This document shows, in pieces, positions 48,057 through 57,500 of a stretch of 64,000 bases of DNA (its first letter is position 1; each line of letters opens with the position of its first letter). The position numbers and the translations under genes were made by a program. Source of the DNA: Chloroflexota bacterium (GTDB taxonomy: Bacteria > Chloroflexota > Dehalococcoidia > Bin125). A model generated the notes under the pieces. The model saw nothing but the letters and a program-made list of their open reading frames with translations. It ran no database searches and was not told where the DNA came from. Location: assembly GCA_028874365.1 (NCBI GenBank), contig JAPPJZ010000062.1, positions 52,611 to 116,610 of the forward strand, written 5' to 3'.

Positions 48057-49753
48057 CGGCTCAGGTGCCCGCTGCTTCGACGGCGGCATCGACTTCTCGT
48101 CGGCGCTGGGTGATCCTGCTGGTTCTGGCCGGGTCGCAGATGCTCGTCCAGCTTGACGCCACGATCATCAACACGGCGCTGCCGGCGATCAAGCGGGCCT
48201 TCGAGATGTCGGAGGCGCAGTCGCTCTGGGTGGCCGACGCCTACATGGTGATATTCGGCGGCTTGCTGCTGCTCGCGGGGGCGCTCGGCGACCGTTTCGG
48301 CCGGCGCAAGATGCTGATCGCTGGCATGGCGATCTTCGTCGTGGCGTCGATCGCGGTGGCGTTCTCGCCAGACGCCAACTTCATGATTGTCGGACGCGGA
48401 TTGCAGGGGCTGGGCGGGGCGCTGGTGATCCCGCAGACACTGTCGATCCTGACCGCGGTGTTCCCGCGTGAAGAGCGCGGCCGTGCGATCGGCATCTGGG
48501 CGGGAGCGATGGGCTTCGGGATGGCGTTTGGACCGCTGGTGGGCGGCGTCCTGGTCGACCTTATTGGTTGGGCGGGCGTGTTCTGGGTTCCGGCGCCGAT
48601 CGCCGCGCTCTGCATGGCGGGTATGGCCGCCGTACCAGAGTCGCGTTCGCAGATGCATACCAAGCTTGATGTGCCGGGCGCGATCACCGGAACGATCGCG
48701 ATGGTTGCGATCGTCTTTGCGATCATCGAGGGCATTCAGAAGGGTTGGAGTGATCCGCTGATCGTGGGTTCGTTCGCGGTGGCGATCGTCTCGGCCGTGA
48801 TGTTCATCGTGATCGAGCGGCGCACCGACCAACCGTTGCTGCCGATGGCCTTCTTCAAGCAGCGAGACTTCACCGGCTCGATGGTTGGCATGTTCTTCAT
48901 CATGTTTGCCCTGATGGGCGTGATGTTCTACATGCCGCAGTTCTTCCAACTCGTGCAGGGCATGTCTGCCTCGGAGAGCGGCGCGCGGCTGATGCCGCTG
49001 GCGCTTGCGATGATGATCTTCGCACCGATCATGGCCAAGTTGCTGCCCAAGCTTGGACCACGATTCATGTTGTTCTGGGCGCCCGCCGTACACGGCGGCG
49101 GCGCACTGTTGTTGTTCAGCTTCATTCTCGACATCGACACGCCGTACTGGATGATTGGCCTGGGGATGGCGTTCCTGGGGATGGGCGGGGCGATGCATAT
49201 GCCGGCCACGACGGACACGGCGATGGCGTCGGTGCCGGTCGACCTGGCCGGGAAGGCGTCGGCGGTGAACAACGCCGGTCGGCAGTTGGGCGGGACGCTG
49301 GCGATCGCGATCCTCGGTTCGTTTGCGGCGGCGGTGTACTCCTCCGGGGTGACGTCTGGGCTGACGCCGCTTGGTATCGCCGAAGGATCGGTCGAGATCT
49401 TGGCGACCGGGATCGGCGCGGCGCAGCAGGTGTTTCCGACGCTTGATCAGAGTGTGCTCGGTCCGGCGCAACTCGTCCTGCGGGAGTCGTTCGTCGAGGC
49501 GATCCGGGACACGATGCGGTTCGGGATCGTGTTTGCGTTGATCTCGGGCATTGTGGGGTGGTTGCTGGTGCCGAAGCGTCAGCGTCAGACACAGATGCAG
49601 TGGGAGGGCGGCCAGCCTGTCGAGCAAGGGTCCGCGGCGGCCGCGATGCCAGCCGGTACCTCGAACGGGGCGGCCGCCAACGGGGCGCGTGAGTTCGCGC
49701 CCAGTGGCAGATCGGTCGTCCTGCAGCGGCCGCAGAAGTCGGGGTTTGGCTGA
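48053..49753 (+). CDS. MFS transporter, DHA2 (EmrB/QacA, 14-TM) family
   Basis: 14 hydrophobic segments; MFS motif A GxLxDRxGRR. Confidence 0.85.
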   Translation: MTAQVPAASTAASTSRRRWVILLVLAGSQMLVQLDATIINTALPAIKRAFEMSEAQSLWVADAYMVIFGGLLLLAGALGDRFGRRKMLIAGMAIFVVASIAVAFSPDANFMIVGRGLQGLGGALVIPQTLSILTAVFPREERGRAIGIWAGAMGFGMAFGPLVGGVLVDLIGWAGVFWVPAPIAALCMAGMAAVPESRSQMHTKLDVPGAITGTIAMVAIVFAIIEGIQKGWSDPLIVGSFAVAIVSAVMFIVIERRTDQPLLPMAFFKQRDFTGSMVGMFFIMFALMGVMFYMPQFFQLVQGMSASESGARLMPLALAMMIFAPIMAKLLPKLGPRFMLFWAPAVHGGGALLLFSFILDIDTPYWMIGLGMAFLGMGGAMHMPATTDTAMASVPVDLAGKASAVNNAGRQLGGTLAIAILGSFAAAVYSSGVTSGLTPLGIAEGSVEILATGIGAAQQVFPTLDQSVLGPAQLVLRESFVEAIRDTMRFGIVFALISGIVGWLLVPKRQRQTQMQWEGGQPVEQGSAAAAMPAGTSNGAAANGAREFAPSGRSVVLQRPQKSGFG

Positions 49754-49853
49754 GTTGATCATCCTTAGTCGATGGGGGAGGGCACGGCAGAGCCAAGGGT
49801 CGGCGTTCGGCGCTCCCTGAAAGAAAGAGCTGGCGAAAAAGAGAGGCGGCGGA

Positions 49854-50159
49854 CTACAAGGGGTCGTCGTCCTCCGCGGGTGGTTGTTCTTCCTGCAGGG
49901 TGGCCCCGGCATGCGCGGGGGCGACTTCAACTAGCGCGGGGGAGGCGCGGTCGTAGAGGTCGCGGAGGAGGTGGCGGGCGTACTCGTAGGCGTCGACAGC
50001 GTTGAGCATTTGCTGGGCAATGGCGTAGCGGGGCCGGCCGGGGATGAGATCGCGAGCGAGCGCGTCAAGCGCCCGGAGTCGGATGTATGCAGGCTTGGGT
50101 CCATTGACGGTTCGCCAGAGCTGATTGACGTGGGTTCGGTAGTGGAATGGGTTGGGCAT
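49854..50159 (-). CDS. small conserved hypothetical protein (MPNPFHYR... family), paralog of 40886..41212
   Basis: See 40886..41212; GGAGGA SD. Confidence 0.45.
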   Translation of the reverse strand: MPNPFHYRTHVNQLWRTVNGPKPAYIRLRALDALARDLIPGRPRYAIAQQMLNAVDAYEYARHLLRDLYDRASPALVEVAPAHAGATLQEEQPPAEDDDPL

Positions 50160-50224
50160 GATCGGCTCCTCCGGAGACGATGGTATCAGAACGGGCGTGC
50201 GGTATAAGTATCGTGGTTGGCGGA

Positions 50225-50312
50225 GGCCCCCGCCTTCGCGGGGCCAGCACTCAATGGTTGGCGGAGGGGCAGGCTCTAGCCCTCTCTCCCTCGGAGAGGG
50301 GATCAGAGGGGC
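50225..50312. repeat. GGCCCCCGC-cttc-GCGGGGCC hairpin plus family-B repeat
   Basis: cctctctccctcggagaggggatcagagggg at 50281-50312. Confidence 0.6.
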
Positions 50313-51854
50313 TTAGTCCTCCATGAGTGATTCGGCGACGCGTTCGCCGATCATGATTGCGGTGAGGTTGGTGTTGCAGCTGACGATGTCGGGCATGATT
50401 GAGGCGTCAGCGACCCGGAGGTTGTCGACCTGGTGGACTCGACCTCGTTGATCGGTGACGGCGAGGGGGTCGGTCGCGGGGCCCATCCTGGCGGTTCCGC
50501 AGATGTGCCAGGTAGTCGAAGTGGTGCGGCGGATGTAGTCGGCGAGGGCGCTGTCGGATTCCATCACGGTGGCGCGCGGAGCGATGACGCGGTCAACGAA
50601 GGGCATGATCTCGTCGGAGTGCATGATCTGCCAGCAGAGACGGGCGCCGTCCATGAGGCGGCGCAGGTCCTCGGGATGGGACGCGTAGTTCATGTCGAGT
50701 TGGGGCTGCTCGGCCGGGTCGGTCGAGCGGAGGGTGACCGAGCCGCGCGAGTGGGGCCGCTGGATGACTGCGCCGATGCCGAAGGAGGGATGCTGGCGCG
50801 GCGCTTCGGTGAGGCCGCGTACCTGGTCCTCGTCCCAGATGGTTGAGATCGCGATCTGCATGTCGTTGAACTGGTCGGAGCCGGGCGCGGTGTAGCGCAC
50901 GCCGATCTCGGTGACGACATCGGGATCGTGGATCACCTCCGGCTTAGGGAATGCCTGCACGCCGGTGCCGAAGTGGTCGATCAGGTTCTCGCCGACGCCG
51001 GGCAGGGGTACGCGCTGGGTAATGCCGTGGGGCGAAAGCTTCTCGGCCGGGCCAATGCCGCTGCGCAGCAGGATTGCGGGCGAGACGGCCGACCCTGCCG
51101 ACACGCAAACCCGATCGCTTCGGATTGCTTCGCCATCGCTCAGCACGACGCCGTTGACGCGAGCGCCGGATTCGCCGTCGAAGTTAAGGCGGTCAACGAG
51201 CACGTCGTGACGGATGGTCAAGTTGTCGCGGTCGCGGATGGCGAGCAGGTAGGCGATGTTGGTAGATATGCGATTGCCGTTGCGGCGATTTCGCGGCCAG
51301 GGTCCGACCCCCGTGGCGTCGGGCAGGTTGTGATCCCAGACATCATCGAAGCCGCTGACTCGACAGGCGTCATAGAAGGCGCGTTGGAGGGGCTGCCAGT
51401 TGGCTTCGGGCTCGCGCTCGATCGGGATGGGACCTGACTGTCCGTGGAAGTCGCCGCCCTCGGGATCGGACTCGAGGCGTCGATACCAGGGGAGCACATC
51501 CTCGAAGGCCCAGTCGTCGCAGCCGAGGGCGACCCAGGACTCGAAGTCTCCGGGTACGCCGCGAAGCGCGATGGTGCCGTTGACGGCGGAGGAGCCGCCC
51601 ATGACCTTGCCGCGGTGCAGGGGGAACTCGCGGCCGTGGCGAGCGTTGGCCTTGAAGCCCCAGTCGTGATCGCGCCAGGAGACCCAGGGCTTGAGCAGGT
51701 CGCGGGGCATCTCTTCGACGCGGGTGTAGTCGGGTCCTGCTTCGAGCAGCAGCACGCGGCGGTTGGGGTCTTCGGAGAGTCGGGCGGCGATCACGGCTCC
51801 GGCGGATCCGGCGCCGATGATGATGTCGTCGTAGGTCGGCATGTCATCCTCCAC
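50313..51854 (-). CDS. GMC-family FAD oxidoreductase (choline-dehydrogenase-like)
   Basis: IIIGAGSAGAVIAARLSE N-terminus, GMC signatures. Confidence 0.85.
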   Translation of the reverse strand: MEDDMPTYDDIIIGAGSAGAVIAARLSEDPNRRVLLLEAGPDYTRVEEMPRDLLKPWVSWRDHDWGFKANARHGREFPLHRGKVMGGSSAVNGTIALRGVPGDFESWVALGCDDWAFEDVLPWYRRLESDPEGGDFHGQSGPIPIEREPEANWQPLQRAFYDACRVSGFDDVWDHNLPDATGVGPWPRNRRNGNRISTNIAYLLAIRDRDNLTIRHDVLVDRLNFDGESGARVNGVVLSDGEAIRSDRVCVSAGSAVSPAILLRSGIGPAEKLSPHGITQRVPLPGVGENLIDHFGTGVQAFPKPEVIHDPDVVTEIGVRYTAPGSDQFNDMQIAISTIWDEDQVRGLTEAPRQHPSFGIGAVIQRPHSRGSVTLRSTDPAEQPQLDMNYASHPEDLRRLMDGARLCWQIMHSDEIMPFVDRVIAPRATVMESDSALADYIRRTTSTTWHICGTARMGPATDPLAVTDQRGRVHQVDNLRVADASIMPDIVSCNTNLTAIMIGERVAESLMED

Positions 51855-51913
51855 CTGTCGGCAGAGGATAGGTCAGGGTTTGGAGTTCATCCGATAATGT
51901 GACGCAGAGCGGG

Positions 51914-52050
51914 ACCCTCACCCTAACCCTCTCCCACGGGGAGAGGGGATCTGGCGGGGGCTCACTCACACCTTCTCCCAATGAGAGCGGGTTCGCAGGG
52001 AGACCCTCACCCTAGCCCTCTCCCAGGGGAGAGGGGACCAGAGGGGAGCA
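51914..52050. repeat. two tandem family-B repeats in reverse orientation
   Basis: ccctcaccctaaccctctcccacggggagagggg and ccctcaccctagccctctcccaggggagagggg. Confidence 0.7.
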
Positions 52051-52072
52051 CGAAGAGCGTAGTGAGATTGAC

Positions 52073-54511
52073 ATGAGCGACAGTCTGCTGGCCGCCTATG
52101 AGGGTCTTGTTGTCTTGGACATGTCGAGGCGGATGTCGGGGGCGTTCGCGGCGCGGCTGTTTGGCGATCATGGCGCCGATGTTGTGATGCTGGAACCGCC
52201 GGAAGGTCATCCGGTGCGGCACGAGGCGCCGTTCCTGGAGGACGTTCCGGGGGCTGAGCGTTCGGCGTTGCACGCGTACGTCAACTGGAACAAGCGATCG
52301 GTGGTGATCGGCAGGCCGGCGGAGGCGGAAGCGTGGATTGTCCGTGCGGATGTGGTGATCACGACTGACGGGCGCGAAGAATTGCAGGCTTGGCCGCTCT
52401 CGGCGATGCAAATGGACGCGGTGCATCTATCGGTGACGCCGTATGGCCTTGAGGGTCCCTTGGCCGATACGCCGGGCGGCAATCTGACGCTAAACGCGCG
52501 CTGCGGTTGGGCGTACGTGAATGCCCTGCGCGACGAATCGCCATTGGCGCTGCCTTCGCGTCAGTTTGGCTACATGGGTGGACTGGCCGGATTCGTCGCG
52601 GGCGCCGCGGCGCTGCACCGCCGGTCCGAATCCGAGTCACCCGAGCTGGTCGATGTGCGCGAGCTGGAGGCGATGACGCACACCATCTATCCGTGGTCGA
52701 TTGGCGCGATCTATCAGGGCACGGGTTGGTCGCGGGGGGCGACGGGCGGGCGGCCTCGCGGGGAGCCCGGCCCGCTCTGGGAAGCGGCGGACGGTCGGAT
52801 GAACTTCGGATTCGGCGACTGGCATAACTGGGCTGAGGCGATGGCGCTGTTCAACCTGCCAGATCAGGGCGCGCGCGAGGATCTGCAGGCGCGTAACGCG
52901 CGGTACTCGAAGGATCTGTCGGCCGTGATGGCCGGGGTAGCGCGTGAGTTGCCGACGATGGAGAAGTGGCCGCTGTTTCACCGACTGGCGGAGTTGCGCT
53001 GCATTTCGGGTGTGATGCAGACGATTCCCGAGCTTGTTGAGAATGAGCAGTTTGCGGCACGGGGGTTCATTGTCGAGACCGAGCTGGCGGGCGAGAGGGT
53101 TCGGGCGTCGGGTGATCCGCATCCGATGAGTCCGCCGAGCTGGTCGGTGCGGTCGGCGGCGCCCGTGCTTGGATCGGACGATCGTGAGCCCCGGAGATCA
53201 GAACTGGATCGGCCGGTCAGCGTCCCGACGACGAAGGGGCCGCTTGATGGGGTGCGGGTTCTGACGTTTACCCAGGCGTGGAGCGGGACGTTTGGGACGG
53301 AGTTGCTGGGATTTCTGGGAGCGGACGTGGTTCAGATTGAGGCGCTTCGGCGGGTAGATATCTGGCGGCTGCTGCGGCCGTGGGTGCCGGACGCGATTCG
53401 GGACGACTCGAAGACGCAGCATCCGGTCAACCTGCAGGGGGTGTACAACGCGGTCAACCTGAACAAACGGGGGATCACTCTGGATCTGGGCACCGACGAA
53501 GGCAAGGAGATCTTCTGGCGGATGATGCCGAAGTTCGATGTGGTCTGCGAGAACTTCCGGCCAGGGGTGCTCGAGGGCTGGGGGATCACGCTGGAATCGT
53601 TAGCCGAGCAGCGCTCGGATGTGATCCTGGCGTCGATCTCGGGCTATGGCGCGACGGGGCCATTTTCGGCCTATCCGGCGAACGGCGCGACGACGGAGCC
53701 GATGTCCGGGCTGTCATCGATTCACGGATACGAGGGCGATCCGGGAATGAACACGGGCGGTCTGTATCCGGATTCGATCTCCGGTTACTCGATGGCCGGA
53801 GCGATCATCGCGGCGCTCGCGCGGCGCGAGCGGGTGACGGGGCCGCAGCGAATCGACGTGGCGATGCTTGAGGCGATGGGCGTGGTCGTCGGGGATGCGG
53901 TGCTCGAGTACGACGCGACCTCGCGGATGCCGGCGCCGATGGGCAACTTCGACAGACAGCGAGCTCCACATAACATCTACCCGTGCGCAGGGGACGACGA
54001 GTGGGTCGCGATCTCGGTCCATTCGGAGTCGGAGTGGCAGGCGCTTTGCGGGGAGATTGGCCAGGAACGACTGTCGGAGGATCCGCGATTCGATAATGCT
54101 GCGTCGCGTAAGGCGAACGAAGAGCGGTTGGACGAGATCATCACGAGCTGGACCGCCGATCGCGAATCGATCGAGGCCGAACAACGGTTAGTGGCTGTCG
54201 GGGTTGATGCGGCTCGGGTCGCGCGACCGTACGAGCAGTTCTCGGAGCCGGATCCGAACTACCTGGCGAGCGGGTTCATCCAGTCGGTACACCATCCCGA
54301 GGTCGGACCGTCGTGGCTGCCAGGTGCGCCCTGGCGATTGAGTGGGGCGGAGGATCGAGCGCTGAGGCCATCACCTTGCGTGGGCGAGCACTCGTTCGAG
54401 GTGTTCGCGCAGGAGTTGGGAATGACGGAGGCCGAGTACCGAGAGCTCGTGGAGCGGGGGATCAGCGGCACGATGGACGACGTGGCGGCCAGGAAGGCGC
54501 AAGCCCGCTGA
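52073..54511 (+). CDS. tandem-duplicated family-III CoA-transferase (CaiB/BaiF-like), two domains in one 812-aa protein
   Basis: Both halves start with the GxLxGxRVLD-type motif (LAAYEGLVVLDMSRRMSGAFAARLFGDHGADVV and GPLDGVRVLTFTQAWSGTFGTELLGFLGADVV). Confidence 0.8.
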   Translation: MSDSLLAAYEGLVVLDMSRRMSGAFAARLFGDHGADVVMLEPPEGHPVRHEAPFLEDVPGAERSALHAYVNWNKRSVVIGRPAEAEAWIVRADVVITTDGREELQAWPLSAMQMDAVHLSVTPYGLEGPLADTPGGNLTLNARCGWAYVNALRDESPLALPSRQFGYMGGLAGFVAGAAALHRRSESESPELVDVRELEAMTHTIYPWSIGAIYQGTGWSRGATGGRPRGEPGPLWEAADGRMNFGFGDWHNWAEAMALFNLPDQGAREDLQARNARYSKDLSAVMAGVARELPTMEKWPLFHRLAELRCISGVMQTIPELVENEQFAARGFIVETELAGERVRASGDPHPMSPPSWSVRSAAPVLGSDDREPRRSELDRPVSVPTTKGPLDGVRVLTFTQAWSGTFGTELLGFLGADVVQIEALRRVDIWRLLRPWVPDAIRDDSKTQHPVNLQGVYNAVNLNKRGITLDLGTDEGKEIFWRMMPKFDVVCENFRPGVLEGWGITLESLAEQRSDVILASISGYGATGPFSAYPANGATTEPMSGLSSIHGYEGDPGMNTGGLYPDSISGYSMAGAIIAALARRERVTGPQRIDVAMLEAMGVVVGDAVLEYDATSRMPAPMGNFDRQRAPHNIYPCAGDDEWVAISVHSESEWQALCGEIGQERLSEDPRFDNAASRKANEERLDEIITSWTADRESIEAEQRLVAVGVDAARVARPYEQFSEPDPNYLASGFIQSVHHPEVGPSWLPGAPWRLSGAEDRALRPSPCVGEHSFEVFAQELGMTEAEYRELVERGISGTMDDVAARKAQAR

Positions 54512-54570
54512 TATCGTTGCGACAGTTGAAGAGACTGTTGAATTTGTCCCGACTGAAGTTGGAGTGACGT

Positions 54571-57500
54571 ATGGCTGTGAGTGTTTCCGTGTCTCCCGTT
54601 TCGAAGCTGCTGATCACCAATCGCGCGGAGATCGCGATCCGGGTTGCGCGCGCGGCTTCGGACCTTGGAATCGAAACGGTCGCCGTCTACTCGACGGACG
54701 ACGCGAAGTCGCTTCACGTTCACTCGGCCGATGAGGCGGTGGAACTCGATGGATTGGGCGTGCCGGCTTACCTGAACATCGATGGACTGATCGAGGCAGC
54801 TCGGTCGACCGGTTGCGACGCGGTGCATCCGGGCTACGGATTCCTGGCGGAGTCGGCGGAGTTCGCTCGCGCCTGCCGCGATGCGGGGATCACGTTCGTG
54901 GGTCCGACGCCGCATCTGTTGGATCTGTTCGGCGACAAGGTCCGGGCGCGGCAGGCGGCTCGGGAGGCCGGGGTTGCGGTGATCGAAGGCTCGGACGAGG
55001 CGGTGACGTTGGCGGAGGCGTTGGAGTTCTTCGAGTCGCTGGGAGACGATGCGGCGATCATGGTCAAGGCCGTTGCGGGCGGCGGCGGCAGGGGTTCGCG
55101 GGCGGTGACGCAGATCGAGGACCTGGAGGCAGCCTGGGAGCGATGCGTCTCGGAGGCGCAGATGTCGTTCGGATCCGGCGCGCTGTACGTGGAGCAACTG
55201 ATTCCTCGCGCGCGGCACATCGAGGTGCAGGTGATCGGCGATTTGCACGGTGGGGTTGGACATCTCTGGGAGCGGGAGTGTTCTGTGCAGCGACGATTTC
55301 AGAAGATCGTCGAGATTGCTCCGGCGCCGCATCTGGCTTCATCGACGCGAGAGGAGATCGTCGAGGCGGCGGTGCGGATTGCTCGCGATGTGGGTTATTC
55401 GTCGCTGGGCACGTTCGAGTTCCTGCTCGATGCCTCCGAGGGTTCCAATGATCGGTTCTACTTCCTTGAGGCCAACGCGCGTTTGCAGGTCGAGCACACG
55501 GTGACCGAGCAGGTCACCGGCGTTGACCTGGTTCAGTCGCAGCTTCGCGCGGCGCGGGGAGCGACGATTGCCGAGCTGGGACTGGACGACGCATCGTGGC
55601 TGCGACCGCGCGGATTTGCGATTCAGACGCGGGTGAACATGGAGACGCTGACCGCTGACGGGTCGGTGCGTCCGGCGTCGGGGACGCTCAAGGCGTATGA
55701 GGCGCCATCCGGGCCCGGGGTTCGGACCGACGGGTTTGGCTATGTCGGTTATCAGACGTCGACGGCATTCGATTCGCTGCTGGCCAAGGTGATCGCGCAT
55801 TCGCCGACGCCGAAGCTCGAGGATGCGTTGACGCGCTCGTTGCGGGCGCTGTCGGAGTTCCGGATTGAGGGGGTGGCTTCCAACATTCCGTTCCTGACGA
55901 ACGTGCTGGAGCATGCCGACCTGGCGGAGGGTCGGGTTCACACGCGCTGGGTGGACGAGCAGATGGCCGAGCTCGCGGCGAGCAACGGCGCTCAGCGGGT
56001 CCGATATCTCTCGACCGAAGCGCCCGCGGCCGACACGGGCTTCGCAGGCGCTCGGGTCGACTCGCGCGATCCACTGGCGTTGTTCGAGCACGACCAACGC
56101 GTGAAGCAGGAGCAGTCGATCCAGGTGGTCGAGGAAGACGCGCCGGATCTGACTGGTCCGGAAGGATCGATCGGTCTGCCGGCGCCGATCCAGGGGACGA
56201 TCGTGTCGATCATGGTGGAGGAAGGCCAGGAGGTGCGGAGGGGTCAGGACCTGGTGGCGATGGAAGCGATGAAGATGGAGCACGTGATCCAGGCGGATCG
56301 CGACGGGATCGTGAAGGGGATCGCCTGCTCGGTCGGCGACGTGATTCGCGAGGGGTTCCCGCTGGTGTTCATTCTCGAGGCGGAGGTGTCGGTCGAGGCG
56401 CTTGGCGGCGGCGAGCTGATCGACCCGGACTTCATTCGCCCGGACCTGCAGGAGAACTACGATCGGCACGCGTACACGCTGGACGAGAATCGGCCGGTGG
56501 CGGTGGGCAAACGGCGCGGTCGCGGGTATCGGATGCCGCGGGAGAACATCGAGCAGCTTGTTGATCCCGGTTCGTTCCAGGAGTATTGGCCGCTGATCGT
56601 GGCGCGTCAGCACCAGCGCAACACCGACGAGCAATTGCGCGAGAACACTCCGGCGGACGGCCTGCTGGCGGGGACGGCGACGATCAACGGAGATCTGTTT
56701 GACGACGAGCGCGATGCGCGGGCGATTGTCGTGCATTACGACTACACGGTGCTGGCGGGCACTCAGGGCGGTCGCAACCACTACAAGCAGGACCGCATGT
56801 TTGAGATGGCGCGGCGGTTCAACTTCCCGATTGTGTTCTACACCGAGGGCGGCGGCGGTCGACCGGGTGACGACCGGACTGGTCCCGGCGTCGCGTTCGA
56901 TACGTACACGTTCACGCAGTTCTCGAAGCTGTCGGGCCTGGTGCCGCTGGTCGGAGTGACCAATGGTCGCTGCTTCGCCGGCAATACGGCGCTGTTGGCC
57001 TGTTGCGATGTGATCATTGCGACGGAGGGCTCGACCGTTGCGATGGGTGGTCCGGCAATGATCGAAGGCGGCGGACTTGGCATCTACACGCCTGAGGAGG
57101 TCGGGCCGATGTCGTTCCAGGTGCCGAACGGCGTGGTGGACATTTTGTGCAGGGACGAGGAAGAGGCGACCGAGGTCGCGAAGCAGTATCTGAGCTACTT
57201 CCAGGGTCCGACTAAGGAGTGGACCGCGCCGGACCAGCGGCGGTTGCGCCACATCGTGCCGGAGAATCGGCTGCGTCTGTATGACATGAAGGAGATCATC
57301 GAGACGATCGCCGACGAAGGCTCGGTGCTTGAGATCCGGGAGAAGTTTGGGATTGGGATCATCACGGCGTTGATCCGAGTCGAGGGTTATCCGATTGGAG
57401 TGATCGCTAACAATCCGCATCACCTGGCGGGTGCGATCGACTCGGATGGCTCGGACAAAGGGGCGCGATTCCTGCAGCTCTGCGACGCGTTCGACATCCC

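Noticed and set aside
40886-50159. Composite transposon or inverted-repeat-bounded mobile element defined by the two MPNP ORFs
   Set aside because: The two ORFs are diverged at DNA level (not terminal inverted repeats); no transposase, integrase or target-site duplication recognisable.
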